A stretch of DNA of 64,000 nucleotides from Methanothrix sp. (GTDB taxonomy: Archaea; Halobacteriota; Methanosarcinia; Methanotrichales; Methanotrichaceae), in assembly GCA_963682135.1 (NCBI GenBank), contig OY821645.1, forward strand, positions 320,001 through 384,000, written 5' to 3'. This document shows, piece after piece, positions 52,649 through 62,432 of the stretch. The notes beneath the pieces were generated by a model, which had not been told where the DNA came from, did no database searches, and saw nothing but the letters and a program-made list of their open reading frames with translations. Each line of letters begins with the position of its first letter. Position 1 is the stretch's first letter. The position numbers and the translations under genes are program-made.

Positions 52649-52929
52649 AGAAACTCATTTATGGAAAGACATTTCGTCGAGCCATCAAGAGACATATTCA
52701 ACAGAAACCTGACCTTCGGCATAAGGTTGAGAATGTCCTGAGACTTCTTTCAGATAATCCATTCGATCAATCTCTCCATTCTCACAAATTGAAAGGAAAA
52801 TTGGCACCATTATGGGCCTGTACCGTGGATTTTGATTGCAGAATCCTCTTCATGTTCTTGCCTAATCCAGAGACAGGAGAGGAAGCAATTTTGCTTGTTT
52901 CCGTGGGAACTCACAAAGAGGTTTATTAA
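52645..52929 (+). CDS. RelE/YafQ-family mRNA interferase toxin
   Basis: F.RA.K, PF..SL.SHKLKG, D.RILF and VGTHKEVY. Confidence 0.88.
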   Translation: MKKLIYGKTFRRAIKRHIQQKPDLRHKVENVLRLLSDNPFDQSLHSHKLKGKLAPLWACTVDFDCRILFMFLPNPETGEEAILLVSVGTHKEVY

Positions 52930-52937
52930 AGCGAATA

Positions 52938-55900
52938 TCACAGCTTGCCAATGCATGGCTGACATTCCCTTCGCTCCCAGGGCAAGATGCTGCTCCGGTT
53001 AAAGCTTCCTTCCTGCGGACAGGTAAGGCAATTCGCATCAGGGTTATCCATGAATCGTCCCCATTCCTCTCTGGTCATATTCCGAGTTACGCGGCTGCAA
53101 GCCTCGTCCATGACTTTGCCGTTATTCAATGTCCATATTTGTGCGGCTTTATCGTCGCAGCCAGTTGCAAGTTTGCTGCCATCTGGGCTGAAGGCCACCG
53201 CATTCACTGAGTCATCATGCTCAAGCCTTTGAAACTCTCTTCCTGTTTGTATATCCCACAATCGAGCCGTTTTATCAGAGCTCCCGGTTGCTAGCCAGCG
53301 TCCGTCTGGGCTAAAGGCTACTGCGTTCACTGAGCCATCATGCTTAAAAATCCTCAGCTCTTTGCCCGTCTCTATATCCAACAATCGAGCTGCTTTATCA
53401 AAGCTCCCGGTTGCCAACCAGCGCCCATCAGGACTGAAGGCAAGTGCTGACATCACATAATCGAATGCCAGACGCTTCATCTTTTTTCCGGTTTGAACGT
53501 CGAAGATTTGAATCACCATGGCAAAGGCCGAGACAATTGTGGCCAGCAGTCTCCCATCAGGGCTGAATGCCATCGCCCACACCGATTCATGATTCTCCAA
53601 TCTCTGCAACTCTTTTCTGGTTTGAACATCCCACAATAGAGTTGTATTGTCAGAGCTGACTGTAGCCAAAATTATTGCATCCAAGCTGAATGCCATCTGC
53701 TCCATCGAGCCATCATACTCTGGACTCCTCAGTTCTGTTCCGTTTTCGATATCCCACAGATGGGCTGCATAATAATGATCGATTTTGGCATCATCAACAC
53801 TGATAGTAGCCAATGTTTTTCCGTTAGGGCTGAAGATTACCGAATGCACTCCATCATTATGCACGAGTCTCAATAAACCTCTATTTTTCGGTACATCCCA
53901 CAATCGAACCATCCTGTCAGTGCTACTAGTTGCAATCCAGCTTCCGTCCGGGCTGAATGTCATTGCTTTTACTTCGCCATGATGCTCAAGACTCTGTAGC
54001 TCTTTGCCTGTCTCGACATCCCACAATCGAGCAGCAATGTTTCCGAAGAGAGAGTGGGACTCTTTGTTGCGGGTGACTAATTTTCTTCCGTCCGGGCTAA
54101 ATTTCACCATATCTACTACACCATGATGCTCAAGACTCTGTAGCTCTTTACCTGTCTCGACATCCCACAATCGAGCCATAGTATCATCGCAGCCAGTAGC
54201 CAGCATTCTTCCGTCCGGGCTAAATTCCACCGCATGCACTGATACATGAAGCTCAAGCCTTTGAAGATTTTTTCCTTTTTGAGCATCCCACAAATAAGCA
54301 CGATCTTTGCAGATAGTTGCCAGTTTGCTTCCATCTGGACTGAATGCTACCATTCTCACCCAAGAATCGTGTTTCAGCCTCTGTATCTCTTTTCCGGTTT
54401 GAACATCCCACAGTAGGGTTGTATTATCATTACTAGCCGTAGCCAGCCTGTTCTTATCCCGGTCAAATGCCATCGCTCTGCCCGAGCCATCATTTTCCAG
54501 CCTTAGCAACTCTTTTCCAGTTTGAACATCCCACAAATGAGCCGTATAATCATTGCTGATCGTGGCTAGTCTGTCACCATCTGGGCTGAATGCCATATAA
54601 TTTAAGCTGCTATCATTACCCAGCCTCTTCAGCTCTTTACCGGTTTGGACGTCGTAAATTCGAACCGCATTATAAAAGCTGCTGCTCGTGGCCAGCGATC
54701 TTCCGTCCGGGCTAAAGGCTATCTTTGAAGCTGACTGAAATCCCTTCTGATTGTCATTACGCTCTATCCTCAGCAGCTCTTTGCCAGTTTGAATGCTCCA
54801 AATTCGAACCGTTCCATTATAATCTACTGTTGACGTGGCCAACAATCTTCCGTCTGGGCTAAATGCTACATTATTAACCCAATCGCTATGCTCCAGTTGA
54901 GCAATGCAAAGAGGAAATAGAGCCAGGCTACGTCTGAGTGCTGTGTTTCCTTCAAGCGTCTCTTTATGCCTCATAGATTCAACTGCCAGAAGAACGCTCT
55001 CTGTCAATGATCCGGCAACGCCTCTCATCTGCTCTGATTGCGCGGCTAGGCTTCTAGCCAGGGCTTCCGCCGTTTTTTCATTTGCCTGCTCTTTCTGATA
55101 TTGAGCAACTACTGCAGCGCACAGGGCAATGGTAGCAATGATAGCCAATACTTTTATGTACCGCCATCTAGTTCTCTCTTTCTCCGCCTTTGCTCTCTCT
55201 TCCTTCTCTCGCTCCCTTTCCCTCAAGCCCAGGCTGGCATTGATGAACTCCTGGTCAGCCTCGCCTAGGTCCTTCTCCCGCTCCTTTTGCCACCGCTCCG
55301 CCTCATCGAGCCGACTGCCCCGCAGCAGCCGGCCTTCGTCTCGACCGGACAGATCGGATGGTGAAGTCTGCTGCCATTCCCGTGCGTCCTTCTCCAGCTC
55401 CCTCTCCCAGGCCAGAAAGCTTCGATCTTTCTTCAGCCAGCGCTGGAGAAGCGCCCACTCCCGGATTAGAGAGTCGTGGATGATCTGTACGGTCTCTTCT
55501 CCATTGTCTAAATAGGTGGTCACGAGCCTGGCATCTGCCAGCCGCTGCACAACCTTTTGCACAGTCTCCCGCTCATTTTCGTCGTTTTCGTCATGCAAAA
55601 AGTCCGCCAGCCTTCTCTGCCTGCGGCTGTCCGGCAGCCTTTGCTTCTCGTCTCCCAGGTTGACCAGATCGGTGAGGATTCGCCTGGCAACTGCTCCGCG
55701 CCCCTCCTTCTCCAGGCTCCGGCAGACCTGATCCGCCCACGATGTTAAGCTGCCCGTCACCTTGCCTATGGTCTGGTAAGCATGGTGAGTGAGCAGGCCC
55801 TGCTCCCGCCTCTCCCAGAGCTGGGTGAGGGCAAACTCCAACAGCGGCAAGACTGTGCTCCTGCCCGCACGCGCGTTGCCCTCGCGGCTGCTCTCCAGGA

Positions 55901-57185
55901 CATCGTTGATGATCACCTCGGTTAGGCCTTCCTCCAGATGCAGGCCAACGCGGCGGGCAGGCTGCTGGATTATCTCACGCAGCTCCTCATACTCCAGGTT
56001 GGAGCCCACCTGGAAGAAGCCGCGCTGGGTCCATGCCAGAACCGCAGGGGGCGCATCATCGGCAAAGCGGCTGAAGAAATCATCCCGCATTACGGCAAGA
56101 ACATAGATCTCAATATCCGAATCAAGTAGATCCTCGAGCTCGGACCAGAAATTGCGGCGAATATCTGATGGACAGGTGACCAGAAACTCCTCAAACTGAT
56201 CCAGTATGACAAGCAGCTTCTCCTGGCCGGGGTTCCTTGATATCCAGCCCCTTGCGGCCTCTGCGAGGCCAGCGAAAGCTCCCCTCAGCCCTGCTCTCTC
56301 CAAGTTATCGAAGGGCCGGTCAGCAGGCTGGGCCAAAATTATTCCCCAGCGATCGCTCCCCGGAACAGAGCCACGTCGAAGCTGCGGGATGAGGCCCGCC
56401 TGCACCACAGAGGATTTGCCGCTTCCTGAAGGGCCCATGACCAGAAGGAAGCGCGGCCTGGCACGCAAGGCCTCCTCCAGCCCCTCCACCAGATGCCTTC
56501 GCCCGAAGAAGAACTCCGCCTCTTTTTCCGTAAAAGGGGAAAGGCCCATGTAAGGCCGCACATTGGAAGGCACAAGCTGCGGATAGATGGATATGAGCGT
56601 CTCGGCGGGTGTGATGAAAGCCGTATCTGCCAGTCTTCCGAATCTGTCGGGCGCAGCGATGGATGTGACCATGCCCACCACCCGGCGTGCCTGCATATCG
56701 AAGATGGGCGCCCCGGAAAAGCCGGGCGTGATCTCGGAGCTCTTCACCTGCAGAACCCTGATTCCAAGAATTGTCGTCTTATCCATCAGCCGGCCTTCTC
56801 CGCAGATGCCCTCTTCCTGACTCTGATCAGGAAAGCCGAATGTCTGAAGATCATGGCCTGCAGCTCCATCGGAGCAGCCGATAGAAAGAGGTACGACCTC
56901 CGGTGGCAGCGGCCCTTCCAGTTGCAGCAGAGTCACATCCTCAGTCTCTGCCGCCCGCCAGGCCTGCGGCAGCAGCCGTGCTGTTCCTCTCTGGCCATTG
57001 ACGCGAAAGATTACCTCTATTTTCTCCGGCTTGGAATAGACTCGCGCCTGCAATTTCTCAGCTTGAATGACATGCGAGCAGGTGGCAATGATCCCCTTTT
57101 CCGACAGGACAAAACCGGTTCCTGTGGTAGTCGTGCCATCTGCGGCCAGTATTCTGACTATCCCTGCCTTGAGGTCAAAGGGCAT
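52938..57185 (-). CDS. Trypsin-like protease - nSTAND1 NTPase - TM - WD40 protein (NLR-like)
   Basis: Catalytic triad TCSHV / EDVTLL / GFSGAP, PYMGL..F.....FFGR, GPSGSGKSS, LDQFEE, LPLLEFALTQLW, a TM helix and more than 12 WD40 repeats. Confidence 0.93.
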   Translation of the reverse strand: MPFDLKAGIVRILAADGTTTTGTGFVLSEKGIIATCSHVIQAEKLQARVYSKPEKIEVIFRVNGQRGTARLLPQAWRAAETEDVTLLQLEGPLPPEVVPLSIGCSDGAAGHDLQTFGFPDQSQEEGICGEGRLMDKTTILGIRVLQVKSSEITPGFSGAPIFDMQARRVVGMVTSIAAPDRFGRLADTAFITPAETLISIYPQLVPSNVRPYMGLSPFTEKEAEFFFGRRHLVEGLEEALRARPRFLLVMGPSGSGKSSVVQAGLIPQLRRGSVPGSDRWGIILAQPADRPFDNLERAGLRGAFAGLAEAARGWISRNPGQEKLLVILDQFEEFLVTCPSDIRRNFWSELEDLLDSDIEIYVLAVMRDDFFSRFADDAPPAVLAWTQRGFFQVGSNLEYEELREIIQQPARRVGLHLEEGLTEVIINDVLESSREGNARAGRSTVLPLLEFALTQLWERREQGLLTHHAYQTIGKVTGSLTSWADQVCRSLEKEGRGAVARRILTDLVNLGDEKQRLPDSRRQRRLADFLHDENDENERETVQKVVQRLADARLVTTYLDNGEETVQIIHDSLIREWALLQRWLKKDRSFLAWERELEKDAREWQQTSPSDLSGRDEGRLLRGSRLDEAERWQKEREKDLGEADQEFINASLGLREREREKEERAKAEKERTRWRYIKVLAIIATIALCAAVVAQYQKEQANEKTAEALARSLAAQSEQMRGVAGSLTESVLLAVESMRHKETLEGNTALRRSLALFPLCIAQLEHSDWVNNVAFSPDGRLLATSTVDYNGTVRIWSIQTGKELLRIERNDNQKGFQSASKIAFSPDGRSLATSSSFYNAVRIYDVQTGKELKRLGNDSSLNYMAFSPDGDRLATISNDYTAHLWDVQTGKELLRLENDGSGRAMAFDRDKNRLATASNDNTTLLWDVQTGKEIQRLKHDSWVRMVAFSPDGSKLATICKDRAYLWDAQKGKNLQRLELHVSVHAVEFSPDGRMLATGCDDTMARLWDVETGKELQSLEHHGVVDMVKFSPDGRKLVTRNKESHSLFGNIAARLWDVETGKELQSLEHHGEVKAMTFSPDGSWIATSSTDRMVRLWDVPKNRGLLRLVHNDGVHSVIFSPNGKTLATISVDDAKIDHYYAAHLWDIENGTELRSPEYDGSMEQMAFSLDAIILATVSSDNTTLLWDVQTRKELQRLENHESVWAMAFSPDGRLLATIVSAFAMVIQIFDVQTGKKMKRLAFDYVMSALAFSPDGRWLATGSFDKAARLLDIETGKELRIFKHDGSVNAVAFSPDGRWLATGSSDKTARLWDIQTGREFQRLEHDDSVNAVAFSPDGSKLATGCDDKAAQIWTLNNGKVMDEACSRVTRNMTREEWGRFMDNPDANCLTCPQEGSFNRSSILPWERRECQPCIGKL

Positions 57186-57192
57186 TTTTCTG

Positions 57193-57522
57193 CTATCCCT
57201 TCTTCTCTCGCACCCATTTCAGATTGATCTTGAAGTTGGCCTCAGCCCCTACTTTGGTAATGATAACCCCAGTATCAGCCTTCAGGGTCAGACCGAACTC
57301 CACCGTCGCCTCCTGCGGAGGATTGCTGATGTTTATGAGCTTGGAGACAATGCTGCTCGCTATGGGGCTGAGGCTGTTTATGGTCGCCTCAAAGGACTGA
57401 GCCGCTTCATCGGGAAGGCTACGTCCGGCTTTGACCAGCCCACCTCTCTCGACATCCGAAACCTCCGTCTCAATAAATACAAAACCGCCAGATTCCAGAG
57501 GATATTTGACAAGATCTCTCAT
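57193..57522 (-). CDS. Trypsin-co-occurring domain 1 (Trypco1 / CU044_2847-like) protein
   Basis: P.E..VEFGL.L.A..G.II.K...EANFKI.LKW. Lies 7 bp upstream of the trypsin fusion. Confidence 0.85.
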   Translation of the reverse strand: MRDLVKYPLESGGFVFIETEVSDVERGGLVKAGRSLPDEAAQSFEATINSLSPIASSIVSKLINISNPPQEATVEFGLTLKADTGVIITKVGAEANFKINLKWVREKKG

Positions 57523-57565
57523 GGTTTTAATCTGTGTTTTTATTACAATTAATAATCTTTCTCAA

Positions 57566-60073
57566 TCATCTCATCCACAAAATATGCGCTTCTTCCAGGG
57601 GAATGAAAGCATGCTCATGATATGGTACAATTCGTGGGGTGTAGTCCTCCACCGCCCTTTTTGCCGGCACTCTTGCACGGTAAATAAATCCGTTAATTGC
57701 GCCCGCCAGCGGTCTTTGCTGCGTCATAATATTCTTCTCAGGACCGCTCTGCATGGGCAAAGGATCGGCATAAAGCTCCACCTTAACATCTTCCGAACGT
57801 AGCTCCCCAAAATATACTTCCACAGAAAAACTCCAGGAATCGCCCTCCTGGCTTGTAGTAAGCCTGCCGAATCGCAGCCCCTTCCAGTCCTCATTAAGCC
57901 GCTTCTGCCACTGGGCCAGCTCCTCTGCCAGCCTGGCCCCGTCTGCCGTTCTATTCCGATAGGCAATCGTTGCCGGACGGTAGATATTTTCTACATACTC
58001 CTGCATCATCCTGGCGCTGTTAAACCTGGGTGTAAGTCGAGCCATGCTGGCCTTCACCATAGCCACCCAGCCTTTCGGTATGCCTTCAACATCTCGCTCA
58101 TAAAAGAGAGGAACAACATTCTCCTCCAGCAAACCGTAGAGCTGCTTCGCATCAGCAACATCGCAGCCCGGCTCGCTGTGCTCCTGGTCATCTCCCAGGC
58201 ACCAGCCCACCTGCGGGTTGTAAGCCTCATCCCACCAGCCGTCTAGATTGGAGAGATTGAGTCCGCCGTTGGCCAGCACCTTCATGCCGCTCGTGCCGCA
58301 GGCTTCGTTGGGCCGGCGTGGCGTGTTGATCCAGACATCCACTCCCGGCTCCAGGTGCTGGGCCAGGTCGATGTCGTAATCCTCCAGAAATACCACCTGA
58401 TTGGAGATCTCCGGCCGGGCAGCAAAATTGACCATCTGCTTTACCATTCTCCTTCCCTGCTCGTCAGAGGGATGAGCCTTGGCTGCCATGACCAGTTGAA
58501 CGGGATGCTGGCTGTTTGTGAGAATGGCAATCAACCGTTCCGGATTTCTAAGGAGCAGGTCGGTTCGCTTGTAAGCGGTAGCCCTTCTGGCAAAGCCCAG
58601 GGTGAGGACATTGTAATTCAAGACATGTCGGGCAGTCTTCAGTTCCTCCTGGCCGGCTCCCCTTTCCTCAAGCTGCCGAGCATGACGGCGTCGAACATAA
58701 TCCACCAAATCTCTTCTGGCCTCAGCCCTGAAGCTCCAAATTTTTGCATCGCTCAACTGAATGATGCCATCTTTCAGATAGTCAATTCCTTCCGGCCAGC
58801 AGTCGCCCGGACAGGCCTCAGCCCAGAGCTTCTGGGCAGCCGGTGAATCCCAGGTGGGAATGTGAACTCCGTTGGTAACATACCCCACAGGCACCTCAAT
58901 CTCCGGCCAGCGGGCAAAGTGAGGCTGAAAGATCTTGCGGCTTACCCTACCATGCAGACGGGATACGCCATTGACGTGACTGCATCCGTTCAAGGCCAAA
59001 TGGGCCATGGTGAAAGGAATATTCTCATCTTCCGGTCGGATGGCGCCCAGAGCCATCAGATCAAGACGGGAGAGCCCCAAAAGATCCGCATAAAATTTGG
59101 CATATTTATCGACCAGTATTCGGTCGAAACGATCAAAGCCCGCTTCAACCGGGGTGTGGGCAGTAAAGACATTTCCCGCTCTGGTGGCCCAGAGGGCCGC
59201 TGCCAGAGAGCAGCCTGTCTTCTTCATGAAGCTGTGGGCCCTGGCCAGAACCACAAAGGCAGCATGCCCTTCATTCAAATGGCAGACCTCCGGCTGCACA
59301 CCCAGCTTCTCCAAAACCTGCCAACCGCCGATGCCAAGCACAATCTCCTGGATCAGCCGCCGTTCCTGGCCGGGAGCATAAAGGTTGGCAGTAATTGCCC
59401 TATCCCAGGGACTGTTCATGGGATCATTTGAATCGAGCAGATAGAGATTCACCCGGCAGACATTGGCCTGCCAGACGCGCAGGATAAGAGACCTTCCTGG
59501 AAGGCTGATCTTGACTCGCAGCCTTGATCCGTCTTTATCCCGAGCAGGAACCAGCGGCATGGTATCAGGATCGTTATAAGGAAATGCTTCCACCTGAGAG
59601 CCATCCGGCGCTAAGAGCTGGCGGAAGTATCCCTGCTGGTAGAGCAGTCCAATTCCTGTGATGGGAACCGCCAGATCGCTGGCCGTCTTGAGATGATCTC
59701 CCGCCAGCATGCCCAAGCCTCCCGAGTATATGGGCAGCGCCTCGGAAAGGCCGAACTCCATGCTGAAGTAAGCAATACAAGCAGGATCATTCTGCCCGGC
59801 TGGGAACGGCCTCTCCAGAAAGCTGGATCTTTTCTCCTGCCAGGATGAGATTTCTTTAACCAGCTCCTCATCTTTGGCCGCCTCTCGCAATCGTGCCGAA
59901 GAGACATTCTGCAAAATCAAGTAGGGATTTTTGGTCTTCTCCCAGGCCTCGGCATCGAGCAGCTCCCAGATCTTATCTGTGGTCTGACGAACCGTCCAGC
60001 GCAGATCCAGAGCCAGTTCAGCCAGACCTTCCAGGCCGGCGGGCAGGTCAAGGTCAGAATGGAGTAACATCAC
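57566..60073 (-). CDS. glgP: Alpha-glucan (glycogen) phosphorylase
   Basis: YFSMEFG, YSGGLG.LAGD, HLNEGH, ARRATAYKR and the PLP motif EACGTSGMK. Confidence 0.95.
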   Translation of the reverse strand: MMLLHSDLDLPAGLEGLAELALDLRWTVRQTTDKIWELLDAEAWEKTKNPYLILQNVSSARLREAAKDEELVKEISSWQEKRSSFLERPFPAGQNDPACIAYFSMEFGLSEALPIYSGGLGMLAGDHLKTASDLAVPITGIGLLYQQGYFRQLLAPDGSQVEAFPYNDPDTMPLVPARDKDGSRLRVKISLPGRSLILRVWQANVCRVNLYLLDSNDPMNSPWDRAITANLYAPGQERRLIQEIVLGIGGWQVLEKLGVQPEVCHLNEGHAAFVVLARAHSFMKKTGCSLAAALWATRAGNVFTAHTPVEAGFDRFDRILVDKYAKFYADLLGLSRLDLMALGAIRPEDENIPFTMAHLALNGCSHVNGVSRLHGRVSRKIFQPHFARWPEIEVPVGYVTNGVHIPTWDSPAAQKLWAEACPGDCWPEGIDYLKDGIIQLSDAKIWSFRAEARRDLVDYVRRRHARQLEERGAGQEELKTARHVLNYNVLTLGFARRATAYKRTDLLLRNPERLIAILTNSQHPVQLVMAAKAHPSDEQGRRMVKQMVNFAARPEISNQVVFLEDYDIDLAQHLEPGVDVWINTPRRPNEACGTSGMKVLANGGLNLSNLDGWWDEAYNPQVGWCLGDDQEHSEPGCDVADAKQLYGLLEENVVPLFYERDVEGIPKGWVAMVKASMARLTPRFNSARMMQEYVENIYRPATIAYRNRTADGARLAEELAQWQKRLNEDWKGLRFGRLTTSQEGDSWSFSVEVYFGELRSEDVKVELYADPLPMQSGPEKNIMTQQRPLAGAINGFIYRARVPAKRAVEDYTPRIVPYHEHAFIPLEEAHILWMR

Positions 60074-60195
60074 CTACCAATTATCAAGCTCATGTGAAAT
60101 CAAACTTTCGTGCAAAGATAGGGACTATTGAAGGTGATCTTAAATAGAAAAAATGCGTATTGATCATCATTAGATTGTTCTGGATGGAGTGGGTT

Positions 60196-62346
60196 ATGAG
60201 AATCAATCGGACTATATTGCAATTGGCAGTAATTGCTATCATCTGCCTGTATCCCGTTGCAGCTTCGGATCCGTCATCTTCTGCATCTGATCAGGAATCC
60301 GGCTGGTATGTTTATGAGACCCCCGAAGACTCTTCCCGGCTTGTGGAGAGTGCATCGATAGGCGCTCTACCGGATAAGAGCAGCCTTTTGATAATCGATT
60401 CCCAGGGCCGGCAGTCGCGCACTGCACTGGAGATCCCCTCCGGAACTTGGGCGCAACTTCGGCTGATGCCTCCGGCAAGCGGAGAGATGCAGCTCTTTTG
60501 CCTCTATCCCACCGGTTCAGTTGCCCAAATGCTCAGTGCCACCGTAGAGAAGGGCAAGAGCTACACTGCATGGTATCAGGCCGGCCTGGAAGGCGATTAT
60601 GAGCTGTGGTTTACAGTAGGCGAAGCTACGAGCAATTCCGTAAAATTCCAGGTCATCGAAGCGGAAGTTGCAGATGAAAGCGCTCCCATGGCAGGCGCAA
60701 ATATGGGTGGCGCAGGCATACTCTCAAGAGCCATCGTCAGCGTGCCGGGGATGTCCTACAGCGCGGCCCCTGCGGCTGCCCCTGCGATGGCTGCTGCCCC
60801 CAGTCCCAGTATCGGATTTTCTGCGGGCGGAGCCAAGGACATCAGCAACTTCCGGGAGAATATCTTGCAGGACTATTTACCGCTGCCCAGCGACGTAACA
60901 TACGAGGGCCTGTTTTATGATTATTACTTTGATACGGGAGCGGCAAAGGAATGCAAGAAGCTCTTCTGCCCGTCCTACAGCTATGCCGTCTCTAAAGATC
61001 CATTCTCACTACAATCGCAATACTATCTCTCAGTGGGCCTGAACTCCGGAATGACGGATTTTCAGAGAAAGAAGCTGAACCTGGTAGTGGTGCTGGACTT
61101 CTCCGGCTCCATGGGCAGCCCCTTCGATGAATACTACTACGACAGATTTGGCAACAAGGTAGAGCAGAAAGGCGACGATTCGAGCAAAAGCAAGACCAAG
61201 ATGCAGATTGCCGATGAGTCGGTGGTGGCCCTCCTGGATCATCTTAAGCCGGAAGACCGCTTCGGGATGGTATTATTCAGCGATGATGCCTTCCTGGTCG
61301 ATCCGCTCACCAGTGTTGCCGATAAAAATCCGGATCGCCTGAAGAGCCGCATCCTCAATATCAAGGAGACATACGGGACCAACATGGAGGCGGGAATGAA
61401 AGAGGGAACTGCTCTCTTCGATCGGTTCTTGCAGGCCGACAAATCGGAGTATGAGAACCGTATCATCTTCTTGACCGATGCCATGCCCAATATCGGCGAT
61501 AGCAGCGACCTGGGGCTCTATCGCATGCTGGAGGATAATGCCGATCAGGGAATTTACACCACATTTATCGGCATCGGAGTAGACTTCAACACGGAATTGA
61601 TAGAGAGCATCTCCAAGATCAAGGGGTCCAACTACTACTCTGTACACTCGGCAAGCGAATTTGGGGAGCGCATGAACGATGAGTTCGATTTCATGGTCAC
61701 ACCGCTGGTCTTCGATCTGCGCCTCAAGCTGGATGCGCCGGGCTATGAGATTGAAAAGGTCTACGGCTCTCCTGAAGCGGACCAGGCCACGGGCGAGCTG
61801 ATGAAGGTCAATACCCTCTTCCCCTCCAAGGCCGAGGAAGGCCAGGTTAAAGGCGGAGTGATCCTGGTGAAGCTGAAGAAGCTTTCCAATCAGGGGAACA
61901 TGCGGCTTAGCGTGAGCTATGAGGATCGAAATGGGGTGAAAGATAGCGATGAAGCCGAAGTGAATATGGCAGAGGAAAATGCGGATTTCTACCAGAACAG
62001 CGGTATCCGAAAAGCTGTGCTTCTCTCTCGCTACGCTGATCTGCTCAAGAACTGGCTAATAGATGAGAGAACGGCAGCAGATAATGGCTGGAAGATTGTG
62101 CCGTCTGTGACATTGGCCAATGGAATTGTCATCCCCATTGAGCTAGGAGAGTGGGAACGCCAGTCATTACCTCTTACTGTCTCAGAGCCCTATCCAGATC
62201 TGTTTGGCCGGTTCTCTGATTACTTCCAGAGTGAGTCTCAGATATTGGGCGACAGCACTCTGGAGCAGGAAGAGGCGATACAAAAGAAGCTGGCGGGTTT
62301 TGCCGGACCCACGATGAACGGAAACACAACGCCGAAAGGGGTATAA
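60196..62346 (+). CDS. Secreted von Willebrand factor type A domain protein
   Basis: Signal peptide, MIDAS DFSGSM, GTN, FLTD and TTFIGIG. Confidence 0.88.
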   Translation: MRINRTILQLAVIAIICLYPVAASDPSSSASDQESGWYVYETPEDSSRLVESASIGALPDKSSLLIIDSQGRQSRTALEIPSGTWAQLRLMPPASGEMQLFCLYPTGSVAQMLSATVEKGKSYTAWYQAGLEGDYELWFTVGEATSNSVKFQVIEAEVADESAPMAGANMGGAGILSRAIVSVPGMSYSAAPAAAPAMAAAPSPSIGFSAGGAKDISNFRENILQDYLPLPSDVTYEGLFYDYYFDTGAAKECKKLFCPSYSYAVSKDPFSLQSQYYLSVGLNSGMTDFQRKKLNLVVVLDFSGSMGSPFDEYYYDRFGNKVEQKGDDSSKSKTKMQIADESVVALLDHLKPEDRFGMVLFSDDAFLVDPLTSVADKNPDRLKSRILNIKETYGTNMEAGMKEGTALFDRFLQADKSEYENRIIFLTDAMPNIGDSSDLGLYRMLEDNADQGIYTTFIGIGVDFNTELIESISKIKGSNYYSVHSASEFGERMNDEFDFMVTPLVFDLRLKLDAPGYEIEKVYGSPEADQATGELMKVNTLFPSKAEEGQVKGGVILVKLKKLSNQGNMRLSVSYEDRNGVKDSDEAEVNMAEENADFYQNSGIRKAVLLSRYADLLKNWLIDERTAADNGWKIVPSVTLANGIVIPIELGEWERQSLPLTVSEPYPDLFGRFSDYFQSESQILGDSTLEQEEAIQKKLAGFAGPTMNGNTTPKGV

Positions 62347-62432
62347 AAGAGAATAAGATCAAAAGAGTTAGAAAAGCGGCTTTGAGATGACCCAAAAGCC
62401 GCTATCTTTTTTTCCAGTATTTTCCGTCTGCA

